Numbered from the stretch's first letter, positions 20,317-29,194 are shown. The stretch: 32,000 nt of DNA from Alkalilimnicola ehrlichii MLHE-1 (GCF_000014785.1 NC_008340.1:900001-932000), one strand, 5' to 3'. Notes: generated by a model from the letters alone, not told the origin. Program-made: numbers and translations.

Positions 20317-22344
20317 TCACTTCACCCGCATGCCGGGTTGGGCGCCCTGGTGGGGCTCCAGCAGGTAGAGGTCGCTGCCGCCCGGGCCGGCGGCCAGGAC
20401 CATGCCCTCGGAGACGCCGAATTTCATCTTGCGCGGCTTCAGGTTGGCCGCCATGACGGTGAGTCGCCCTTCCAGGTCCTCGGGCCGGTAGGCCTGCTTG
20501 ATGCCGGCGAAGACCTGACGGGTCTCGCCGCCCAGGTCCAGCTGCAGGCGAAGCAGTTTGTCGGCCCCCTCGACGTGCTCGGCCTGCTCGATGCGGGCGA
20601 TGCGCAGGTCCACCTTGGCAAAATCGCCGATCTCGATCTGCTCGGCGATGGGGTCGCTGGTCAGCGGTCCGGCCTCGGCGGCCTGGGGCTCACCCTTGGG
20701 CTGCAGGGTCTTCTTCGAGTCCTCCAGCATGGCCTGCACCCGGTCCGGATCCACGCGGGTCATCAGCGGCTTGAACTTGCGGATGCCGTGGTCCAGCAGC
20801 GGGGTCTTGGCGTCGGCCCAACACTGTTCGGGCAGGTTGAGGAAGGCCTCGGCGTCGGCGGCCAGCCGGGGCAGCACCGGTTTGAGATAGACCACCAGGA
20901 CCCGGAAGAGGTTGAGCCCCTGGGTGCAGATATCCTGTACCCGGTCGGCCTGGTCCTCCTGCTTGGCCAGCACCCAGGGCTTTTGTTCGTCCACGTACTG
21001 GTTGGCCTGGTCGGCCAGGGCCATGATCTCACGCATCGCGCGGGAGAACTCACGCTTCTCGTACAGTTCGGCGATATGCTCGCCGGCCGCGGTGAACTGG
21101 CGGTAGAGGGCCGGGTCGTCCAGGGTCTCGCCCAGGCGGCCTTCGAACCGCTTATGGATAAAGCCGGCGCAACGGCTGGCAATGTTCACCAGCTTGCCCA
21201 CCAGGTCGGCGTTGACCCGCTGGGTGAAGTCGTCCAGCGACAGGTCCAGGTCGTGGACACTGGCGCTCAGCTTGGCCGCGAAGTAGTAACGCAGGTACTC
21301 CGGGTTGAGATGGTCCAGCCAGGTCCGGGCCATGATGAAGGTGCCCCGGGATTTGGACATCTTCTGGCCGTTGACGGTCAGGAAGCCGTGGGCACAGATC
21401 TCGGTGGGCTTGCGAAAGCCCGCGCCGTGCAGCATAGCCGGCCAGAACAGGGCGTGGAAGTAGATGATGTCCTTGCCGATAAAGTGGTAGAGCTCCGCCG
21501 TGGAGTCCGGGCCCCACCAGTCGTCGAAGTCCAGGCCCTTGCGCTCGCACAGGTGCTTGAAGCTGGCCATATAGCCGATGGGCGCATCCAGCCAGACGTA
21601 AAAATACTTGTCTTCGGTGTCCGGGATGCGGAAGCCGAAGTAGGGGGCATCGCGGGAGATGTCCCAGCTGCGCAGACCCTCCTTGAACCACTCGGCGAGC
21701 TTGTTGGCCACCTCGGCCTGCAGGTGCTCCGGGCTGGCCCATTCCCGCAGCATCGCCTCGAAGTCCTGCAGCCGGAAGAAGTAATGCTCCGACTCACGCT
21801 CCACCGGTCGCTCACCGGAGACCACGGAGACCGCGTTCTTGAGCTCGGCAGGGGTATAGGTGGCGCCGCAGGCCTCGCAGGAGTCGCCGTACTGGTCCTC
21901 GGCGCCGCAGCGGGGGCATTCGCCCTTGATGTAGCGGTCGGGCAGGAACATCTCCAGCTTGGGGTCGTAGGCCTGCTTGATGACCTTGCGGTCGATATGA
22001 CCGGCCTGGTTCAGGCGCGAGTAGATCAGCTCGGCAAAGTAGCGGTTCTCGTCCGAGTGGGTGGTGTGGTAATTATCGAACTCGATCAGGAAATCAGCGA
22101 AATCGCGTTGGTGCTCCTCGCCGACCTCGGCGATCAGCGCCTCGGGCGTGATGCCCCGCTCGCGGGCCTTTAGCATGATGGGGGTGCCGTGGGCGTCGTC
22201 GGCACAGACGTAGTGGCAGTCGTGGCCCCGCAGTCGCTGGAAACGGGCCCAGATATCGGTCTGGATGTACTCTACCAGGTGGCCCAGGTGGATCGGGCCG
22301 TTGGCATAGGGTAGGGCGCTGGTGACCAGTATCTTTCGCGTCAT
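20317..22344 (-). CDS. metG: Methionyl-tRNA synthetase with C-terminal tRNA-binding domain
   Basis: [37 protein letters not shown]; zinc-binding [18 protein letters not shown]; [17 protein letters not shown]; C-terminal [31 protein letters not shown]. Confidence 0.98.
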   Translation of the reverse strand: MTRKILVTSALPYANGPIHLGHLVEYIQTDIWARFQRLRGHDCHYVCADDAHGTPIMLKARERGITPEALIAEVGEEHQRDFADFLIEFDNYHTTHSDENRYFAELIYSRLNQAGHIDRKVIKQAYDPKLEMFLPDRYIKGECPRCGAEDQYGDSCEACGATYTPAELKNAVSVVSGERPVERESEHYFFRLQDFEAMLREWASPEHLQAEVANKLAEWFKEGLRSWDISRDAPYFGFRIPDTEDKYFYVWLDAPIGYMASFKHLCERKGLDFDDWWGPDSTAELYHFIGKDIIYFHALFWPAMLHGAGFRKPTEICAHGFLTVNGQKMSKSRGTFIMARTWLDHLNPEYLRYYFAAKLSASVHDLDLSLDDFTQRVNADLVGKLVNIASRCAGFIHKRFEGRLGETLDDPALYRQFTAAGEHIAELYEKREFSRAMREIMALADQANQYVDEQKPWVLAKQEDQADRVQDICTQGLNLFRVLVVYLKPVLPRLAADAEAFLNLPEQCWADAKTPLLDHGIRKFKPLMTRVDPDRVQAMLEDSKKTLQPKGEPQAAEAGPLTSDPIAEQIEIGDFAKVDLRIARIEQAEHVEGADKLLRLQLDLGGETRQVFAGIKQAYRPEDLEGRLTVMAANLKPRKMKFGVSEGMVLAAGPGGSDLYLLEPHQGAQPGMRVK

Positions 22345-22478
22345 GCCGATGTCTTTTGGGTTGCTGAGCGGGTGGCGCCCGGTTTTCGGGCCGTTTTGAG
22401 TAAGCCGTACAGTATGCCAGATTGTTCCGGTGCGGGCAGTGGCGGGGGCGACGGCCTGTGGTCAGGTTTTCAGGGGGG

Positions 22479-22853
22479 ATGGAAACGGTGCAGTCATTGG
22501 TGCTGGTGGCCCTGGGCGGGGGTGTGGGGGCGGTGGCGCGTTGGTGGTGCAACGCCCGCATCACCGCCCGGGTGGAGGGTGACTTCCCCTGGGGTACCTG
22601 GGCGGTGAACGGGGCCGGCTCGCTGTTGATCGGCCTGCTGGCCGGCCTGCTGGCGCCCGGCAGCGAGGCCGCCCTGCTGCTGATGATCGGATTTTGCGGC
22701 AGTTTCACCACCGTCTCCTCCTTCGGGCTGCAGACCGCCCAGTTGATCGACGACGGTCGCTGGGGCGCGGTGGTGCTCTACGTGACGGGCTCCCTGTTGA
22801 CCTGCCTGGCGGCGGTCAGCGCCGGCCTCTGGCTCGCCGGGGTGGGGCAATGA
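22479..22853 (+). CDS. crcB: CrcB/Fluc fluoride channel family protein, copy 1
   Basis: METVQSLVLVALGGGVGAVARWW...FPWGTWAVNGAGSLLIGLLAG...IGFCGSFTTVSSFGLQT; likely ATG at 22479. Confidence 0.93.
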   Translation: METVQSLVLVALGGGVGAVARWWCNARITARVEGDFPWGTWAVNGAGSLLIGLLAGLLAPGSEAALLLMIGFCGSFTTVSSFGLQTAQLIDDGRWGAVVLYVTGSLLTCLAAVSAGLWLAGVGQ

Positions 22854-23215
22854 ACACCGGGGTATGGGTGGCGCTGGGCGGTGCGCTGGGGGCGGTGCTG
22901 CGCTACCTGCTGGACTGGCTGCCCCTCGGCGTCTTCCCCTGGGACACCCTCCTGGTCAACACCCTCGGCTGCCTGGCCATCGGCTGGGTGGCCGGCCGGA
23001 CCGCCGTGGACGGTCCGCGGCCGCTGCCCGAACAGGCCCGGCAGTTCCTGATGACCGGCGTCTGCGGTGGCTTTACCACCTTCTCCGTGTTCAGCCTGGA
23101 GTCAGTGGCGTTGCTGCAAGCGGGTGCCGTCCTTCCGGCGCTCGGCTACATGCTGGCCACGGTGGTGCTCGCGGTGCTGGCGGCGGGGGGCGGCCTGGCC
23201 CTGGGCCGACGCTAG
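22850..23215 (+). CDS. crcB: CrcB/Fluc fluoride channel family protein, copy 2
   Basis: MNTGVWVALGGALGAVLRYLLDWL...FPWDTLLVNTLGCLAIGWVAG...TGVCGGFTTFSVFSLESV; ATGA overlap with copy 1. Confidence 0.94.
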   Translation: MNTGVWVALGGALGAVLRYLLDWLPLGVFPWDTLLVNTLGCLAIGWVAGRTAVDGPRPLPEQARQFLMTGVCGGFTTFSVFSLESVALLQAGAVLPALGYMLATVVLAVLAAGGGLALGRR

Positions 23216-23224
23216 TGTAACGCG

Positions 23225-23418
23225 CGAGCCCCACCCCCGCTGTGCGGGCCCGAATCAACGCAGAACGGGGCACCCCTGTCATCGCCAGGGCCGAAGGCTT
23301 TCCCCCGTCATCGCGAGGGCCGCCACCTCCTCCCCGTCATCGCGAGCCCCCCACCCCGCTGCGCGGGCCCGAATCAACGAGGAACGGGGCACCCCCGGTC
23401 ATCGCGAGGGCCGAAGGC
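23225..23418. repeat. Two diverged direct copies of a ~50-bp flank plus truncated palindromic-repeat start
   Basis: cgagccccacccccgctgtgcgggcccgaatcaacgcagaacggggcacccctgtcatcgccagggccgaaggc (from 23225) and cgagccccccaccccgctgcgcgggcccgaatcaacgaggaacggggcacccccggtcatcgcgagggccgaaggc (from 23343), offset ~118 bp. Confidence 0.85.
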
Positions 23419-24172
23419 CCGTGGCGATCCAGGGCGGTAGACTGCCGCGTCGGCTTCGCCTCCTCGCAGTGACGGTGGGGGCGACTTTCCGCTTCCGGCA
23501 CAGTCAAGTTCTTCAAGAGGGCCGTTACCTCCTCCCCGTCATCGCGAGGGCCGGAGGCCCGCGGTGATCCAGAGGGGTAGACTGCCGCGTCGCTTCGCTC
23601 CTCGCAGTGACGGTGGGGGCGCCACCGCCGTCATCGCGAGGGCCGAAGGCCCGCGGCGATCCAGAGGGGTAGACTGCCGCGTCGCTTCGCTCCTCGCAGT
23701 GACGGTGGGGGCGCCACCGCCGTCATCGCGAGGGCCGAAGGCCCGCGGCGATCCAGGCGGGGTATGGACTGCCGCGTCGCTTCGCTCCTCGCAGTGACGG
23801 TGGGGGTGCCACCCCCGTCATCGCGAGGGCCGGAGGCCCGCGGCGATTCAGGCGGGGTATGGACTGCCGCGTCGCTTCGCTCCTCGCAGTGACGGTGGGG
23901 GTGCCACCCCGTCATCGCGAGGGCCGAAGGCCCGCGGCGATCCAGGGCGGTAGACTGCCGCGTCGCTTCGCTCCTCGCAGTGACGGTGGGGGTGCCACCC
24001 CGTCATCGCGAGGGCCGAAGGCCCGCGGCGATCCAGGGCGGTAGACTGCCGCGTCGCTTCGCTCCTCGCAGTGACGGTGGGGGCGCCACCCCCGTCATCG
24101 CGAGGGCCGGAGGCCCGCGGCGATTCAGGCGGGGTATGGACTGCCACGTCGCTTCGCTCCTCGCAGTGACGG
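23398..24172. repeat. Array of 8 copies of a 76-79 bp imperfect palindromic repeat; copies 2-8 in tandem with a 91-95 bp period
   Basis: Copies GTCATCGCGAGGGCCGAAGGCCCGCGGCGATCCAG...GACTGCCGCGTCGCTTCGCTCCTCGCAGTGACGG at 23398-23475, 23538-23613, 23630-23705, 23722-23800, 23817-23895, 23911-23986, 24002-24077 and 24094-24172. Linkers of copies 2-8 are near-identical (tgggggYgccaccNc). Confidence 0.96.
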
Positions 24173-24245
24173 TGGGGCTGTGCTCGCAGTGGCGGTGGGG
24201 GCTAGCCCTTCCTTAGCGGAAATGGAATGCCCCGACCGGGCGTGG

Positions 24246-26264
24246 TTACGGCGACACGCCGTCGCCGCCGCTTTCTTCGGTGGTGGGCAGAATCAGCGGT
24301 ATGGGTACGTGCAAGGCCGCCGCCAGTGCCCGCAGCAACTCCGCCTCGGCCACGTTGACCTGGCCGTTGTGCCCCACGGTGGCCACCATGGCCTCCAGCA
24401 GCCGCCGTTTGGGCCCAGCGCCCAGGCGGTCCAGCCGCTCCAAGCCCTCGGTAAGGGTGTTGGGCCAGTCCGCCGGCACCCCGTAGGCCGGCGGCCGGTT
24501 TTCCCGGTAGAGCAGGGCCATCCCCGCGGCGTAGGCCTGCCGTGCGGCGTCCTCGTCACCCTCGGCCCCCGCCCAGGCGAGTACCGAGAGCAACTGCTGG
24601 ATGGCGGCCGCCTTCTCGGCGTTGACCCGGGCGTGCCCCCGGTCGGCCGCGCCGGGGTTGAGGATATCGCGCAGGTGGGCGTCAAACATGCGTGCCAAGG
24701 CGAACTCGAAGACCGAAACCCCGCCGTCGGCGCGGATCAGCGCGCCCAGGGTCTCGCGCAGCTCACCCAGGCGCTCCCGCGGCTGGTGGCGCAGGGCGGG
24801 GAGGGCCAGTTCCACCAGCGGCAGCCGCTGCCCGGGCGCCAACGACTGGTCGTCCTCCAGCCACTCGCGGACCCGGGCCTCGGCGTCCTCGCCCCAGTCC
24901 TCCCGGATCCGCGCCAGCTGCTGGCGGCGCACCTCCGGGTCTTCGCTGATGACGGTGTACAGCACCGCCAGCCCGGCGTCCTCACCGTGGACGGCGTCCC
25001 GCAGGGGTTCGGGCAGGGCGTGGAGCAATTGGGCGGCGGCCTGGTGGCGGCGGGTGTCCGGCTGGTCCACGTCGGCCAGGATGGCGCCCAGGATCGCGCC
25101 CTGGGGCAGGGCGTCGGTACCGGGCAGGGGTATGGCGCCGGGAATGCGCACGCCTTGCCCCTGGCCCTCGGCGGCGGCGCGTTCGGCCTCGCGCCGGCGC
25201 TCCGCCTCGGCCTCTTCCCGTGCCCGGCGGCGCTGCTCCCGCTCGGCGAGGGCTGGCAGGTCGCGCTCCGGGTCGAATTGTGGCTCGATGGCGCGGATGC
25301 GATCCTCCAGCGGGGGGTGCGTGGCCAGCAGGCCGCTCATGGAGGCAAACCCCGAGGCGAAGAGCATGTGGCTGACCTCCTCGGTCTCCGGCGACTCCAG
25401 CCCGGAGCCGCGGCTGTGCACGGCGATCTTCTTCAGTGCGCCGCCGATGCTGTCCGGGTTACGGGTGTACTGCACCGCCGAGGCGTCGGCCAGGAACTCG
25501 CGCTGGCGCGAGACCGCGGCCTTGATCAGCCGGCCGAAGAACACCCCCAGCGCCCCCACCAGGATCAGCGCCAGTCCCAGGGCGGCGATACCCATGGCGG
25601 CCTGTTTGCCCTCCCGGCTGCCGCCGCCGACAAAGATGGCGCGGGTCATGAACCGGCCCACCACGGTGAGCACCAACAGCCCGAACACCACCCCCATCAG
25701 CCGGATGTTCAGGCGCATATCACCGTTGACGATGTGGGCGAACTCGTGGGCCACCACGCCCTGCAGTTCCTCGCGGTTGAGTTTCTCCAGGGTGCCGCGG
25801 GTGACGGCCACCGCCGCATCACTCTGGCTGTAGCCGGCGGCAAAGGCGTTGATGGCGGCCTCCTCCTCCAGTACGTAGACATCCGGCACCGGCGTGCCGG
25901 AGGCCAGGGCCACCTCCTCCACCACGTTGAGCAGCTGGCGCCGTTTCGGGTCCCGGGTGTCGGGGGTGACGCGGGTGCCGCCCAGCATCTCCGCCACCTT
26001 GCTGCCGCCGCCGGAGAGGCTCGCCACCCGGAAGGCGCTGGCCAGCCCGATGCCGGCCACCACCAGCACCGTGGTGGTGATCAGCAGCTCCAGGTTCTGG
26101 CTTAGCCAGTGCTCCGGCGGTGCGCCGGCCGGCGGGGGCTCGCCGAGGAAGAAGAGGGCCAGGGCGTTGACCACCACGGCGATGGCGATCACCCCGAGCA
26201 CGAAGAAGAGGATCAACCAGAGGGTGGTACGCCGGGCGCGGTCCTGATGCTCGAAAAAGTCCAT
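24246..26264 (-). CDS. Large M48-family (HtpX-like) membrane zinc metallopeptidase
   Basis: 672 aa; two N-terminal hydrophobic segments; EEEAAINAFAAGYSQSDAAVAVTRGTLEKLNREELQGVVAHEFAHIVNGDMRLN (HExxH), GSREGKQA..., REFLADASAVQYTRNPDSI. Confidence 0.93.
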   Translation of the reverse strand: MDFFEHQDRARRTTLWLILFFVLGVIAIAVVVNALALFFLGEPPPAGAPPEHWLSQNLELLITTTVLVVAGIGLASAFRVASLSGGGSKVAEMLGGTRVTPDTRDPKRRQLLNVVEEVALASGTPVPDVYVLEEEAAINAFAAGYSQSDAAVAVTRGTLEKLNREELQGVVAHEFAHIVNGDMRLNIRLMGVVFGLLVLTVVGRFMTRAIFVGGGSREGKQAAMGIAALGLALILVGALGVFFGRLIKAAVSRQREFLADASAVQYTRNPDSIGGALKKIAVHSRGSGLESPETEEVSHMLFASGFASMSGLLATHPPLEDRIRAIEPQFDPERDLPALAEREQRRRAREEAEAERRREAERAAAEGQGQGVRIPGAIPLPGTDALPQGAILGAILADVDQPDTRRHQAAAQLLHALPEPLRDAVHGEDAGLAVLYTVISEDPEVRRQQLARIREDWGEDAEARVREWLEDDQSLAPGQRLPLVELALPALRHQPRERLGELRETLGALIRADGGVSVFEFALARMFDAHLRDILNPGAADRGHARVNAEKAAAIQQLLSVLAWAGAEGDEDAARQAYAAGMALLYRENRPPAYGVPADWPNTLTEGLERLDRLGAGPKRRLLEAMVATVGHNGQVNVAEAELLRALAAALHVPIPLILPTTEESGGDGVSP

Positions 26265-26427
26265 GGCGGTATTGCTGCATCCCTTTCAGACGGTGGATCC
26301 GTCAAAGGTATCTCACTCCAGGCGGTGAGGCGATGGCGGCGACGCATACGGACAGACCGGTGTGGCCCCCGCTGAACGGCCGCGGTCGTTACCCGGGCCC
26401 GGGGCATCGTGCGGGCCGACAGTGCCG

Positions 26428-27300
26428 TCAGCCCAGAGCAGGTGCCAGGTCGATCAGCCCGGTGGCGATGCCCAGGGCCAGGGCCCAGACATAGAAGGAA
26501 AAGACCTTCAACCGCGCCCGATACAAGAAATAGATCACCAGCTTCAGGGAGATGATGCCGACGATGGCGGCCACCACGAAGCCCACGGCCAACGCGGAAA
26601 ACCCGACGGTGTTGGGCAGCCCCAGGCGGTAGACCTCGATGGCCTGGAGCAGGGTGGCCGCGCATATGGTCGGGATGGCGAGGAAAAAGCTGTACTCGGC
26701 GGCCCAGCGCCGCTTCAGGCCAGTAAAGAGGGCGAAGACGATGGTCATGGCGCTGCGGGAGAGCCCCGGCATCAGCGCAAAGCCCTGGGCCAGGCCGATG
26801 ACACCCGCCACCTTCAGGTTAATGCCCTTGAGGCCGCGCCGACGCGGGGCCAGACGGTCGGTCCACCAGAGCAGGATGCCGGTCAGGGTCAGGGTGCCGG
26901 CGATCATCAGCGGCGAGGCAAAGACGTGCTCGAAGGTGGCCTTCAGCGTCAACCCCAGCACCCCGGTGCACAACACCGAGAACATCCCCAGCCAGAACAG
27001 CCGCCAGTAGAGCGGCAGGCCCCCGCGACCGCCTCGCCCGGCCCACTCCCAGGCGCCGCCCAGTGCGTTCAGGCTGAAGCGCCACAGGCTGGGCCAAAAG
27101 ACCACCGCGATGGAGACCAGCGTACCCACGTGCACCACCAAGGCGAAGAGGATCATCTCCGCGCTCTCCGGGGGCGGCAGCGTCTCCCCGCGGGCGATCA
27201 GCCAGTGCTCGGTGAGCACCATGTGGGCGGTGGAGCTGACGGGCAGGAACATGAAGATGCCCTGAATGACACCAAGCAGGGCGGCGATCCATAAGGCCAT
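26428..27300 (-). CDS. uppP: Undecaprenyl-diphosphatase (UppP/BacA) family protein with a variant first motif
   Basis: MALWIAALLGVIQGIFMFLPVSSTAHMVLTEHWLIA...; ALMPGLSRSAMTIVFALFTGLKRRWAAEYSFFLAIPTI; multiple hydrophobic segments. Confidence 0.88.
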   Translation of the reverse strand: MALWIAALLGVIQGIFMFLPVSSTAHMVLTEHWLIARGETLPPPESAEMILFALVVHVGTLVSIAVVFWPSLWRFSLNALGGAWEWAGRGGRGGLPLYWRLFWLGMFSVLCTGVLGLTLKATFEHVFASPLMIAGTLTLTGILLWWTDRLAPRRRGLKGINLKVAGVIGLAQGFALMPGLSRSAMTIVFALFTGLKRRWAAEYSFFLAIPTICAATLLQAIEVYRLGLPNTVGFSALAVGFVVAAIVGIISLKLVIYFLYRARLKVFSFYVWALALGIATGLIDLAPALG

Positions 27301-27703
27301 GGGCTGGCGGTCCTTGTGCTGTGGAGCGAAGCGGTTCTTCTACCGCTGGCCGCCCTTAGGGTCAAGGTGTACCGGTTGGCCATTCGCCGGCCGCCCATCG
27401 ACGGCGCCGGGGTAGCGCCCCATAAACGCCATTGTGGCTCTATATTTCCGGGGATTGGCGTGATAGTCAGGCGCTCTTCAATAGCATTGTTCCAGCACCC
27501 CGTGATTCGTGTTGCAAACGGTATGACAGGTCGGTAGCATTGCGCCCTGCATAACGAAGGCAACAGGGGGAGGACTCCCACCGAAGATGGAACCTCCGAG
27601 TAGCAAAATCCAGCGAACTGGGGTGATCCGCGTGAGCGGACCGCGCCCGGCCCTGCCTGCCTGAACCGCATTTATCGGCTGCATCCCCTGTAGTCGCTTT
27701 GAT

Positions 27704-27721
27704 CAGGCCGGCCCCGGCCTG
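27704..27721. other. Short inverted repeat in intergenic region
   Basis: CAGGCCGG-CC-CCGGCCTG; no adjacent T-run. Confidence 0.4.
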
Positions 27722-27889
27722 GTGCTCCCCAAAAGCTGATAGTCCGCATTCGACAGCCCGGGTGATCCTGTGCCCGGGGTGTTGTGCGCAACTGTTGTGG
27801 CCAACGATTGTCGCCGCAATAGGGCTCGTTGTCGTGTTCGCGTGCCTCTATTGCTTCGGTGATGATCGGGTCAATAGGGAGCTATTGTC

Positions 27890-28042
27890 ATGAGAAATGA
27901 TTGTGTAATGAAAGTGGCCATTGCCGATATCCAGGGTGCTGAAACGGAAGCGCAGACGGTGGCCACGGTGATGCATCAGGACTTCAGTGGTCTGGCGGTC
28001 TACTTCCTGACCGCGGCCTGGTTGCTCGGTGTCTCGGCCTGA
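27890..28042 (+). CDS. Candidate 50-aa small protein with hydrophobic C-terminus (MRNDCVMKVAIADIQGAETEAQTVATVMHQDFSGLAVYFLTAAWLLGVSA); below the length cut-off of the supplied ORF track
   Basis: ATG preceded by tagggagctattgtc (SD-like gggag); hydrophobic tail LAVYFLTAAWLLGVSA; located 50 nt upstream of the porin. Confidence 0.45.
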   Translation: MRNDCVMKVAIADIQGAETEAQTVATVMHQDFSGLAVYFLTAAWLLGVSA

Positions 28043-28092
28043 TCGGCCGCGATGGCGGAAAGTCCCCGATAAAAAACAAAGGAGTTGGCGCC

Positions 28093-29172
28093 ATGCATTT
28101 TCGCAATTTTTCCATTGCAGTGGCGGCCGGTGCGTTGGCGCTGCCCCTGGTGGCCCAGGCGGATGGGTTGACCCTCTACGGGGAAGTCCACCTCTCTGCC
28201 GACATTGCCCATGATGGCGACCGTCGCAGCGAATTCCTGGCCAGTCGCGGGTCCCTGCTGGGCATAACGGGCTCAGAATACTTGGGCGCGGGCCTTACCG
28301 GCCTTTTCCAGTACGAGACCGAGGTCCACCTGACCGCCGGCGGAGACGGCCTGTTCGGGGCCGGCGAGAACGCATTTGTTGGGCTGGACGGTGCGTTCGG
28401 TACCGTTCTGGCCGGGCACATGGAGGATCCGCTGTTCGTCGCGATCGACGACCTGCAGATGTTCGTCGACCGCGTGGGCGATGCCCACCTGTTTGGGGCC
28501 ACGCCGGGCAACAACGAGTTTCAGGAGAACGTCCTGGTCTACCTGAGCCCCGAGCTCAACGGCTTTTCGCTGACCGCAATGTACGGGCCGCGCCAGGGCA
28601 CTGCCCGTGGCGATCTGTGGGTCGCCCATGGCCAGTTCGACGGGGAGCTTGGCGATGGCAACCTCTATGCCGGCCTGTCTTATCTGCAGGCCAATCAGGG
28701 GCGCGTGGATGAGCTCTTTGACCTAAGCCCGGGCGATGAGGGGTTCGGCGAATGGAAGCACAAGCTCTACCAGCTGGCCTTGGGTTATGAACGGCCGGAC
28801 GTCTGGCGCGGCTTCGCCTTCTATCAGTGTTACCAAAGCACCGATGTCGCCCCGTTGGAGGACGACCGCGTGTTCGGAGTCGGCGTGGGGGTGCTGGCCC
28901 GTCCCGATGTGGAGCTCCTGGCCCAGGTGACCCGCTACGACGCCGATGCGTCCCGCAGCGACAGCACGCTCTATGCCGTGGGGGCCGATTACTTCATCAC
29001 CGATCGCACCACGCTTTACGCGGCTTACGCCATGAGCCGTAACCAGCGTAATGCCGACAGGCTGCCCACCGAGCCCGATTACTACGGCGCAGATGACGAG
29101 AGTCGGGGCGTGAACGTGGCCCAGGGCGATAATGCCTGGGCGGTGTCCCTCGGCGTTAAGCATGCCTTTTGA
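28093..29172 (+). CDS. Gram-negative outer-membrane porin
   Basis: Signal peptide MHFRNFSIAVAAGALALPLVAQA; DGLTLYGEVHLSADIAH...SRGSLLGITGSEYLGAGLTGLFQYE; C-terminal strand AWAVSLGVKHAF ending in Phe; SD aaggag upstream. Confidence 0.93.
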   Translation: MHFRNFSIAVAAGALALPLVAQADGLTLYGEVHLSADIAHDGDRRSEFLASRGSLLGITGSEYLGAGLTGLFQYETEVHLTAGGDGLFGAGENAFVGLDGAFGTVLAGHMEDPLFVAIDDLQMFVDRVGDAHLFGATPGNNEFQENVLVYLSPELNGFSLTAMYGPRQGTARGDLWVAHGQFDGELGDGNLYAGLSYLQANQGRVDELFDLSPGDEGFGEWKHKLYQLALGYERPDVWRGFAFYQCYQSTDVAPLEDDRVFGVGVGVLARPDVELLAQVTRYDADASRSDSTLYAVGADYFITDRTTLYAAYAMSRNQRNADRLPTEPDYYGADDESRGVNVAQGDNAWAVSLGVKHAF

Positions 29173-29194
29173 GCCTGCCGCCCTGTTGGGCCGC

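Noticed and set aside
20275-22173. Long plus-strand ORF (632 aa) antisense to metG
   Set aside because: Low-complexity translation typical of a shadow ORF in high-GC DNA; metG on the opposite strand is unequivocal.
22345-22478. Fluoride riboswitch upstream of crcB
   Set aside because: I looked for the GGNGAUGG...UCCGCC...CUGAUG(A/G)CUCCU pattern and did not find it; an Infernal search would be decisive.
22094-22711. 205-aa minus-strand ORF across metG/crcB
   Set aside because: Spans divergent genes and the intergenic region, with basic low-complexity sequence; no family resemblance.
23631-24147. ORFs in the repeat array encoding HCEERSDAA-type peptides (23564-23797, 23631-23915, 23848-24147, 23980-24216)
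   Set aside because: These are translations of the palindromic repeat itself; such HCEERSDAA proteins are a known annotation artefact.
23398-24172. Possible CRISPR array
   Set aside because: Units are 76-79 bp with ~13-17 bp near-identical linkers, not short repeats with unique 30-40 bp spacers, and no cas genes are present.
24180-26105. 641-aa plus-strand ORF antisense to the M48 peptidase
   Set aside because: Shadow ORF; opposite strand encodes a clear M48 peptidase with HExxH.
27478-27684. 68-aa minus-strand ORF in the uppP-porin intergenic region
   Set aside because: No convincing SD or family similarity; could not be supported as coding.
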